Of a DNA stretch of 64,000 bases, positions 39,850 to 50,128 are shown piece by piece. The position numbers and the translations under genes are program-made. The notes below the pieces were generated by a model. That model did not search any database. It was not told where the DNA came from and saw nothing but the letters and a program-made list of their open reading frames with translations. Where the stretch lies: the NCBI RefSeq assembly GCF_030144855.1, contig NC_082731.1, positions 20,708,001 to 20,772,000 of the forward strand, in the 5' to 3' direction. The number at the start of each line of letters is the position of its first letter. The stretch's first letter is position 1. This stretch comes from Hypanus sabinus. Its lineage: Eukaryota.

Positions 39850-39990
39850 ATCTATTCAGCGGAAAGTACCATGGTGTTTGGTAGTGTTGCAAAAGCCTGT
39901 TCCGCTTGCATAAGTTATCAGGGATTATGCCGGACTCCACTGTATATCCTTGCGCAGTTCAGCACTCAATACTCAACAGCGATAAAGGAT
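39850..39990 (+). pseudogene. 3' relic of a family-D V
   Basis: PDSTVYPCAVQ; paralogous to 31700-31790. Confidence 0.55.
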
Positions 39991-40739
39991 CTGGACACCT
40001 CAATGTTAGCAATGTTCGCCTGCTCTAACCGGTGCCTTCCATATCCACTAAACATCTAATCCCAGCTCGTCCATTGGAAAATATACTTGACGTCCTATTG
40101 ATAAGAAATATCCGACGTGGTCCTGGAAGATTGAAAGATCGGGGTCCGTCAATACCTTAAAAGTCTAATAACAAGTTAGAATACAGCAACAGCGGAAAGT
40201 CACGACTTTGCGGATGATTTATTGGAATCTTCGCGGATACGCTAGTTAGCATGGAGTAATATGGTATGCAAAAGGATAGAGTAGGGGCAAAATGGCAAAG
40301 AAAGCGAGAGTAAGTTGTTAGAGCGTTCACAAATGTAGATAAGTAGAAATATAGAAATTAATGCCCGGAGTGAGAACGAGAGAGAGAAGTAGGTACGGAT
40401 AGAGCAAGAGAGTGAGAAAGAGAGACGGGGATGAAGATAAAAAGACAGGTAAATAGATGGAGAGAGGTAGAGTGGGGAGAGAAGGGGAAAAGTGAAAGAA
40501 AGAGATAGATAGAGAAGGAGAGATGGAGAGGTTTATAGTGTGGGAAAGGCAAAAGGGGGGTTTCAACGTAATCTGATTCTGATTAGTGTTCATATAGCTT
40601 TTTTCTGGTTTTATCTGACAATTGTTGAGCATTGCACCATTCAGTCCACTTCTGATACGTTTTCATGTCCATTATCTGTCACGTTGATAAATCTTGTAAG
40701 TAATTTGCAATCTTTTCGGAGCTGAAGCGAGTCAGTAAG

Positions 40740-41196
40740 TGAACTTCACTTTCTTATCGGTTTCATTCGCCATTCTGACAGCTAAAACACTACACAAATG
40801 ACCAGCGAGAGGGCAGTTCAGTGCAAGTCAGGGATGTCACTGCTTTCCGTCCTATATTGCAGAAAAGAGAAAGTATAATTCTGTGATCAGGATGCTCCCA
40901 AATTATCGAATGACAAAAGTCAGATGATAACACTGAAATGCAGTTACACACGAACTAAGACAAACATGTTTCATACACTCATCATCGTGGAGAATCTCCT
41001 AAAAATTGCTGAAGCGATATTGCTGAGGAAATCTCGAGCAAACCCAAAATGTCCAGCGAGGTTTACAGGTGTTATGCACATACGCAGAGTCAGCTTCTTT
41101 ATGTATCTCTGGAATTCTTGTCCTGGACTCTAGTGTAGACCTCTGTATATAGGACTTCTCAGTTTTGCAGGGTAGCAACGGGTCTGCACAAATTCC
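40740..41196 (+). pseudogene. TCR V pseudogene, family C
   Basis: MITLKCSYT..PKCPARFTG..; CTCAGTT, 23 nt, ACAAATTCC (41158-41196). TCACTAGAGGGCGT at 41209-41222. Confidence 0.8.
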
Positions 41197-41924
41197 TGCG
41201 TTGCCTGATCACTAGAGGGCGTCTTTTGCTGGGGAACTGGAACAGCTGTACACAGAAAGCTTGAAGATCACGTCATCGATATGAAATGCTGCATTCAGGA
41301 GCAAAATGCGCCCAAACATGTGGAAGACTTCTTGAATTTAGCTTTACCAAGGTATATTGTGGCGGCTTTCTGAAGCATTTGCACGGTACGTTGGTGTCCA
41401 TGTCGCCCTGTTGCCTATAAGAATATCTTGTATTTTTTTTGCTAGACTTCATTTTTCACTACCTTGAGAGATTAACAGTGAAGAAGACTGAAACCTAAAG
41501 ATACTGAGGTTGCATTTAACTATACAGCATTGGACATTCTGTCACACTAATTTCTTCTGTTGAAGATAAATTTCAATTGGAGTCTATTGACATCTGCTTC
41601 GTAAAAGTTCAGATAAACAGATGTTTATTTTACGAATTGAACATAAATACCGAGTGGACTGGCGTTGGTTTTAAGGATGTTCCCACAACTAGATTAAAGC
41701 TTCATTTACGATTTACTAAAATTGCAGATTGGCATACAAAGGCAGGCAGAGAGCTATTGAGTGACATAACAACGGAAATATAGGACATTAACAAAATAGG
41801 GAACAAAGAAGGAGATTCATTGGAAAAAAAAAGAAGTGTTATTTAAAGTAGAACGAAGAACGGAAGGGTGAGATTGACAAATAGAATATAATTAGAGTGA
41901 ATAATCTACAGTCAACACGGAAAG

Positions 41925-42575
41925 CAGACGAACTGGCCTACCCTTAAATAGAAATAAAAACTGAAATGATGGTAATATCAAAGAAACCTGATATTCCAAG
42001 CTGTAGGATCGGTTTGGTTAATTAAATCCTGAAAGAATACACAACTTCATGTACCTCGGATCATGGGTAACATCCGATGGCAAATACAAATTTCAATTGG
42101 AGACTATTGACATCTGCTTCGTAAAAGTTCAGAGAAACAGATGTTTATTATACGAATTGAATGGTCATGTACCATCACACATGCAATAGAAAAATGATTC
42201 AATGCAGCGGAGATGTGATTCCTCGGAAGAATGCTATGCATATCATATACGAATAGGGTAACCAACGAAGACTTTCTGCAGAGAACGAAACGAAAAAGTA
42301 TATTAATTAAAAAATCAGAAAACAGCAATCAAAATTCTTGGAACACATCATGCGAAGGGAAACATTAGAACTTTTAGTTACAACTGGAAAACTGGAAGGA
42401 AAATGAAGCAGAGACAGACAGAGAATTAAAATGATAGATGGAATAACATAATGGTTAGAAATAGAGGAAGCAAGAGCTACAATTCGGAGGGTCAGGGACC
42501 GTGATGGATTGAGAGACATGATCGCCCACGACGAACGGCAAGTCACCTGAATGTACGTGATTGAATCATAAATAA
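41925..42575 (+). mobile_element. RTE-clade LINE 3' fragment (paralogue of 33672-34383)
   Basis: Same flanks and same 3' end (GGCAAGTCACCTGAATG). Confidence 0.75.
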
Positions 42576-42776
42576 ACAGAGAGTGTATTAGTTCCATTCA
42601 CGTCTGTGGTTTCGTAGGCTCAGCTCTGGTTTCCACGGTTCATCTCCCAGTCAGCTGAACAAATTACGCAGGGTTTGAATGAAGTGAAGAGAGTAGCGTA
42701 TCTGACATCCTTCTTGCAAATTTGTGGTATTTGCTTCTTGTTGTCTGACTTAAGACCGCGCATGAAAGTTGACACC

Positions 42777-43060
42777 ATGTGCGACATTGATCCTTACTGA
42801 TTATATCGTCTGTACTGCCTGGCGAAACGTTCCACATATTGTCAGTGGGTATCTCGCATGTGCAATGAGAACACTTGATGTTCAGTCATCTTGTTCTTCC
42901 TCTGTAGAAGCGTGTGGGAAAGATCCAGCTCTCAGCATCAATCATTAAAGGAAGACGAATTGTAATGCTCAAATTCAGTTACACATCCGCATGCCTGTAT
43001 ATCCCACTGGTCATTTCAGTTTCTGCGAGCAAGGACATTTCTTTCTGTAAAGAAGAAAGA
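42777..43060 (+). pseudogene. Truncated TCR V relic, family E
   Basis: ATG at 42777; paralogous to the other E copies. Confidence 0.55.
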
Positions 43061-43124
43061 TGAGGGATAACTTAATAGCTGTGCACAATATATCAAGCGG
43101 CGCAGATGGAGAGGACCATCAGCG

Positions 43125-43585
43125 CTTTACTTTACTTTACTTTGCATTACTGCCACCAAACGATTGATACTAGAGCGTACAACCATCACAGCGATATTTG
43201 ACTCTGCGTTAAATGCTCCCTGAAGTACACATCCAAGTAAATATAATAGAAAAATAAAATAAATATCATAATTAGAAAATAGAAAAGGGAAAGTAAGGTA
43301 GTGCAAGTTAGGCCCGGATATTTGGAAGGTACGGCCCAGATCCGCGTCAGCATCCATTCAGTAGTCTTATCACAGTTGGACAGCAGCCGTTCCCAAATCT
43401 GGCCGTACGAATCTTCAAGCTCCTGAACCTTCTCCCGGAGGGAAAAGGGACAGAATGTGTGTTGACTGGGTGGGTCGTGTCCTTGATTATCCTGGTAGCA
43501 CTGCTCCGAAAGCATGCGGTGTAAAGTAAGTCCAAGGATGGAAGATTGGTTTGAGTGATATGCTAGGCTGCGTTCATTATCTTTG
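43125..43585 (-). mobile_element. LINE 3' fragment (Rex1/Babar- or L2-like)
   Basis: Minus strand: RIIKDTTHP..PFPSGRRFRSLKIRTARF..PTVIRLLN, with a (TTTAC)n tail at 43125-43145. Confidence 0.7.
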
Positions 43586-44044
43586 CCCTAAGGGTGGAAG
43601 TGGCAAATGCGAGATTAGGATATTTTAATGCGATTGGAAGTAATTACAAGGCACATGCCATGTGAGTATTTTTGCTAACGAAGTGAGAAGTAGCTACATA
43701 GAGTGTGCTTTCCGGAGGCTATTGGCGTGGCTAGCAGACTGGCTCCCCAACAGCAAACAAAGATTATGGAATATATAGATGTACACTTGCTGACATCGAA
43801 TAACTAGTTCAATTCTGGAAGATAGTAAAACGGTTGACTGAATGGACTATCGTGGGATATATCACAAAATAACTAACTAAACAAACAAATTAATAAATGA
43901 ACTGCTTCCAGCAGTATACTGTCGATGTCAAAGGAGCGACCATGTGGAAAATTCTTAATGGTTATAATTACACATTGATAAGTTTTTGAATATGTTCTGA
44001 TTATGCAGTGAACGGGGTAACAAAGACAGTGGGGCACACTGTGA

Positions 44045-44047
44045 GTG

Positions 44048-44109
<62 letters not shown>
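44045..44109. repeat. (GA)n microsatellite upstream of A5
   Basis: Direct reading. Confidence 0.95.
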
Positions 44110-44110
<1 letters not shown>

Positions 44111-44332
44111 AACGCAGGCCATTGAAAGAGTGAAATAGGCAGAATGACGTTTGAAAAAAATGATTCTGATTGGTGCTCAGAATGTCTGGTTTAATTGTCT
44201 CAGCAAATCTTTAACCAGGAAAACGCCCCCGCTCTGACAGAAGGTGAAAGGTATCGCTGAAAAGACCTCTCAGCACAATATTTAATAAGTGGTTGCTCCG
44301 TCCTGGAATGAATCTGCCAGAAATTAAACATC

Positions 44333-44761
44333 ATGCTTTTCCTCTATTTGTTACTGATCGCATTGGCTGTGCTGCCTGGTGAGTGTCTGCGAAGGTGGCA
44401 ATAAAATTTTCCCGGCGTTCAATGCAATCCCCTGTTGCTGATGTATTCTGTCCTTAATTGCAGGAGCGAGTGGGAAAGAATCAGTGATGCAAGATCCTCC
44501 CGACTTAACGGCCAGGGAAGGACAGAACATAACACTGAACTGCAATTACACTTACGATAATCCATATATCTTTTGGTACATTCAACATAGTGGAGAACCT
44601 CCAAATTACTTGCTGAAGGTATTTAGCACTGGAGGAATGCAACGGCATCCAGACTGCCTATTGTTTACCGCTAGTTTGCAGAAAGTCAGCGAGACGGCTC
44701 AAGTGAATATCGGTGAAGCTCTCGTGTCGTACTCTGGCAGGTATCTCTGTGCAATGAGTAC
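44333..44761 (+). CDS. TRAV: Open-frame TCR alpha/delta-type V gene segment (A5)
   Basis: Leader 44333-44378 (MLFLYLLLIALAVLPG), 85-nt GT-AG intron, open V exon 44464-44761 with Cys23, Trp41 and Cys104. One-codon deletion (DCLLF versus DCPVRF) and YSGRY in place of DSGVY. Confidence 0.85.
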
Positions 44762-44838
44762 CACACTGTTGAATGAATAAGGCGTGTCCAGACAAAATCT
44801 AGTCCTGTGTGATGCAAACAGCTCTCACAGGAGGACGC
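44762..44838 (+). promoter_or_regulatory. 23-RSS plus downstream CTCF-like motif (A5)
   Basis: CACACTG 44762-44768, 23 nt, ACAAAATCT 44792-44800; TCACAGGAGGACGC 44825-44838. Confidence 0.82.
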
Positions 44839-45175
44839 CTTTTCGCGGCCAATCTGGAAGGGGTGCACCCAGAAATCATGCATGGCCACGTGCCCTGCTA
44901 AGGATCGCTGTAAGCAGCAGCACAATGCGCCTAGCTATTGGCACAGTTTCTTATTACAAAGTGTAAGAGAATTGGAAATCTGCAATTCATTTTCTGAAGA
45001 ACGCAATGTGCATTCGCTCATCTTCTTTTGCTGTAAGGGTTTATAACGATGGACAGCATTGACTGACATTGTCTTTGGCTACTTTATTCGTTTATCTGCA
45101 AGTGAAATTAATAAGGACGGAGTGGAATCGCGATACATTTGAAGGGGCGAATAGATGACCAAAGTAAAACAGAGG

Positions 45176-45825
45176 GTGTCCGCCAGAGGCAGCAGGATCT
45201 CCCAGTGGCCACACATTTAAATTCCACGTCCCATTCCCATTTAGATATGTCCATTCATGGCCTCCTCTACAGTCGAGATGAAGCCACACTCAGTTTGGAG
45301 GAACAACACCTGAGTTTCCGTCTGGCTAGCTTTCAATCTGATGGCATGAACATTGATTTCCCTAACTTCCGTTGATGCCTCTCCTGCCGTTCTTACCCCA
45401 TCACCAATTTATTCAGTTATTCATTTATTAAGTTTTTTTTGTTTCTCTTTCTTTCCCTCTCAGAATAACACCTTGCTTGTTCTCCATATTCCTCTGGCGC
45501 TCTTCCCGCCCCACCCCTTTCTTTCTTCCAAGGCCATGATACTGCCCCTTCTTCAGTCTTGTATCCGTTTTGCCAATCAACCTTCCAGCTCTTGGCTTCA
45601 TCCCACCTCCTCCTGTCTTCTCCTATCATTTCAGATCTCCCCTTCACTCTCTCACTTTCAAATTTCTTTCTATGTCTTTTTTCCATTAGTCCTGACGAAG
45701 GGTCTCGACCCTAAACGTCGACTGTACTTCTTCCTAGAGATGCTGACTGTCCTGCTGCGTTCTGTCAGCATTTTCTGTGTGTTACTTGAATTTCCAGCAT
45801 CTGCAGATTTTCTCTTCTTTTTCCG
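45176..45825 (+). mobile_element. Penelope-like element 3' fragment (GIY-YIG tail plus hammerhead-like motif)
   Basis: DLPVATHLNSTSHSHLDMSIHGLL..LEEQHLSFRLASFQSDGMNIDFPNFR*; AGTC-CTGACGA-A-GGGTC-TC-GACCC-TAAAC-GTC-GACT at 45688-45723. Confidence 0.8.
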
Positions 45826-46559
45826 AGACAAAATTTGTGCTTTCCAGGATGACATAGAATTGCAAAGGGCATGTTATTGAAACCCGGATATTTACAATCC
45901 ACTGAAGTTAACGAAGATGCGACAGCTACTTCTGATTTTTGGTCTTCCGAAGAGAACCTGCGGATGTTTAGCGTGATAGAAAACGCAGATACTGCGTTCC
46001 TCGGTGTATTCCAGTGCTGTGTGAAAGAGGTTCAGTGCTGAAAGTAACTTTATGGTCAAAATACATTTGGCGACCGAATACTACCCCGAGATTCATATAC
46101 TGAAGGCACTTTCTGTATAAAGAAGAGTGAGAGGAAGAGTGGAAATGGATCACGACAGAGTGGTAGCTTGTACAATCTGGTTTCCCAACCAGATTTAACA
46201 GATCCGATGTAATCGTCACGTGGAGTATTTTGGTATAAATATCTAAATTGCGAACAGAATTTGTTTATTATTGTCGTTTATTTGCATCGAATCGGTTTTT
46301 ACAGGTGAATTCACTGCGCTGCTTATCGCGTTAGTGCAAAGTAAAATAATAAAAGAATGCAACAATAAAGTTTAACAGACGTATAAAAATTCTGCGTAGC
46401 CAGGGAATAAAGAACAAGATCGTACAGAGGTGGGTTGGGATTGAGAGTCAACTTCATCCCACAGTTCAAGATTCTTAGAATCGGGTAGAATGTATACGTG
46501 TGCATATTGCAACGTGCTTTTAGACTTCTGTGCTTTCCATCAGATGGAAGAGAGAAACA

Positions 46560-46721
46560 GAGATAAAGACCGATTACTATCCAAGGATCAAAAATTGATT
46601 GCATTTATTTCCAAAGATATATTTAGACTTCCTGAAACTCTCACTGTAATGGAATGTTTACTATTTCGAAAAATGCCGTTACCACACTGTTTAATCTGAA
46701 ATGGTGCAGCAGACAGGATCG
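46560..46721 (+). pseudogene. Cryptic V 3'-end relic, family F
   Basis: FRLPETL..; CACACTG 46683-46689, 23 nt, ACAGGATCG 46713-46721. Confidence 0.4.
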
Positions 46722-47454
46722 GACAAATGGCCTAATTCTAAATTTCGATCTTATGGTCTAATGTTCAACAGATTTACTTATCCAATTTTCGCAATTCCTC
46801 TTAACATGTACCTCAGTGAACCTTCGATGAGGAGGACCGGGTTACCCAGAGCATCTTTTTGGAACGTTGAAGAAATGATAACATCAGAAACTTGGAAACA
46901 GAGCAGACAGGTATCAGCTGATAGAATTGAATGTCGGAATCGAACCGGATTCCTGGTGACATGACACCAGATATCACCGCTCTGCAATGTAGGTACTCTG
47001 CAGTCCACCACCTCCATTTCTCCGCTCAGCCGATATTCTGTGAGTTGCAGGACAGCCAGATGCATTCCTTCACTTTGCAGATCCTCACACTTACTTCAAA
47101 CTGGTTGATGTTCATTTTATTTTTGTTTCTTTTTCTTTTGTACAAAGGTGCAGCGAAAAACCTATCCAACGTGCTTTAATGGATCCCATTAAAATCAGAG
47201 AATGTGCACAATACACAACATGAAATTCATATCCTCCACAGGCATCCTCCAAACAGTACAAAAACACAAACCACGGAGTCTGATTGATGCTCTGAAAGAT
47301 TTCGGTTCTTTATAATTAGCGAATCCAAAATGTTGGGAAACGCCCCGGGTCCTGCACAAGGTGAAAGCTATCACTGAAACGATCTCCCACCACAATATCT
47401 GTTGAGTGATAATTACGTCATGGAGGGCATCTGCCCTCCAATCCAGACAGAAGT

Positions 47455-47895
47455 TAGTCACCTTGTCTTTCCTCTGGCATGATAGATGTCAATGGCTGTG
47501 CTGCCTAGTGAGTCTCTACGAAGATGGCCAGCGAATTTCCCATGCGATCAAAACAAGACAGCAATGTTTTCTTACTGTGTCCTTTATTTCAGGAACGCGA
47601 GGGGAAGATTTAGTGACGTAGGACATTCCCGACGTGACGGCTGAGAAAGGACAGACCATTATACTGAAATGTAATTGCACTTATGGTAATGCAAATATCT
47701 TTTCGTACATTCAAAATTGTGGAGAATCTGCAAATAATTTGCTGTAGTTATATAGTATAGCATTACTAGAGAGGCATCTAGATTGACAAGTGGGGTTTAC
47801 CGCTAGTTGCGGAAGGAGAAATAGACGGCTTAATTACATTTCCTTGAAACTCTTATTTCGAATACTGGCTTGTATCTGTATCTGTGTAAAACTGA
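47455..47895 (+). pseudogene. TCR V pseudogene, family B (B3)
   Basis: Leader relic ending |GTGAG, acceptor TTTATTTCAG, ILKCNCTY, stops, no heptamer. TCACTGGAGGGCGC at 47928-47941. Confidence 0.8.
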
Positions 47896-48959
47896 TTTTG
47901 TGTAATGCAAAAAAAAAAAATGAACTCTCACTGGAGGGCGCCTTTTTCCGGGAAACCGGAAGGGGTGCACCAAGAAATTAGCCATAGTCACTTGCCCTGC
48001 TTAAGAGCGCTGAAATCAGCAGGAGAAGGCGCCGAATCTAAAGGAGCAGTTCCTGATTACACTGCGCAACTATAATGGAATTTTACAATGGATTTCCGGG
48101 TTACTGCAATGTTTTTTTTTCACCCAACCTCTTTTGCTGCAATTGCATACCATGATTGTCTACACTGCCTGGCCTTGACTTTGGACACTTTGTTATTGTG
48201 TCTACAGCGAGAAATAATGTGAACGGATTGGAAGCGGGATATCTTTCAGCTGGACAATTACTGACGAAAGGAAATCACAGGGTGGAAAAATGGTGGTTTT
48301 CGTATTAACAAAGATTTGCACGTGGCATGCTACTGATATTAAGGATGGTGCAACAGCTACATTGATTTATACTCAATATTAAGACAATGCGTGAGAACCT
48401 GACAATTTTAGCGTGATAGCGTGAGGTCCAAAGTTCTAAGTAAATTTATGAAATAAGTACATATCCTTGACCGTATACTACCCATATATTCATATTATGA
48501 AATCATTTTCAGTACAAAAGAGAGCGAGAGAGGGAGAGAGAGAATAGGAGCACAATAGAGTGATAGCTTGTATAATCTGCTTCCCCGAATAGAATACACG
48601 GATCTGTTGTTTTTACCACGTGGAGCATTTTGTTAGATATGTTTGTTTATTCTTGTCGGATAATTGCATTGACTAGGATGAGTGAATTCATTAAACCGAT
48701 TATCGAGGTAGTACAAAGTGAAAAACTAAAAAAATACAAAAATAAATGCATGCACATCCACTTTAAAGTGCAGTGTAGGAGAGAAACGGATGGAGTCGAA
48801 TAGGAGGATGACGGAGAGATGTGGCGGTAAAAATGATGGACTGAGACAAAGAGAGAGAGATCAGGCAGTGGGAGCAAAAAGATAGGAAGCCAGGAAAATA
48901 TATTGTAGCAAAGGGAATGAGTGGGGAGAGCAAGAGGGACGGGGAGAGAGAGATAGATA

Positions 48960-48962
48960 GAT

Positions 48963-49045
<83 letters not shown>
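48960..49045. repeat. (GA)n microsatellite
   Basis: Direct reading. Confidence 0.95.
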
Positions 49046-49048
<3 letters not shown>

Positions 49049-49399
49049 GGGGTTTGCAGAGGTAAATCAATTAACGCCAGACCGTCCTGTGTTTGATGTA
49101 AACTCTGAATTTAGAAAAAAAAGCCGCATATACTTTGAAACGAAAGTACCGAATTTTCCGGAAAGTCTCTACTTGTCCTTATTTGAATAAATTCTCTTTT
49201 ATCACAGGAAAATCTGCAAATCATTCTCTGTTTACCTTATTCGATGTACGATATTCCCACTACAACCACACCCGAAAGGTCTTGGTGAATCTGTCTAATG
49301 GATCGGAGCGCGTCCTGCAGGGGCAGTGCGCTTTAGCACCCTACGTACATTCGGGACATTTTAAAGGGACGAGTGGGGCAGATTTTGCCACCCTAAAAG

Positions 49400-49600
49400 G
49401 TGGTATTTAATGTCCGTTGAAGGGCAGACCGTATTGCTGAATTGGTCTACGCTAAGGTAGTCAGGTCAGAATTTCGGATCTCTGGACAAAAATGACAGGT
49501 GTTCCCCTTATATGTGTTCGGGGGCATTTTGCCGGACTCCACCTAATTTCATTACGCCGCTCCTTCTTAACGTTCCACGGTGGTACCGGATCTGGACACC
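49400..49600 (+). pseudogene. Very decayed family-D V relic
   Basis: CCGGACTCCACC (PDST), with a downstream flank similar to 40000-40100. Confidence 0.35.
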
Positions 49601-50128
49601 GGAGTGTTCGCATTGTTTGCTTGATCTGAAGTGTGCCTTCAGTGCCCCTCAACATGCAAGCCCAGCTCATTCATGGGAATAAATATGTGGTGTGCTACTG
49701 ACAAGGAATATCCAGCGAGATGCTGGAAGTTTGAAACGGATTTCGTCAATAACTTAAAATCGTAAGGATAAGTTAGATAAAAGAAACAGCTGAACAATAT
49801 AATATTGCGGATGTCTTTTTGGACTACTTGCGGATATGATGACTTGCATGGATAGACATGGTGTGAGAAGTGAGAGTGCAGGGGCAAAATGGCAAAGAAA
49901 CCGGGAGTGAGCTGGCAGAGCGTCAAAAAGGTACATAAATAGAAAGATAGAAATCAATGTTCGGAGTGAGAGAGGGAGAAAATCGCAGGGAGAGAGTAAG
50001 AGAGTGAGAAAGTAGATGGAGATCAAGAGTGAAATATAGATAAGTAAATGGAGAGAGACGTAGAGTGGGGAGGGGGGAAGTGGGGGAGAGAGAAATTTAA
50101 AGTGTGGGAAAAGGTTAAAATGGCGTTT

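Noticed and set aside
26195-40045. GCTCTAACGGGTGCC-like sequence after D relics as a decayed CTCF motif
   Set aside because: Only about 10 of 15 positions match and the D RSS is uncertain, so it was not counted.
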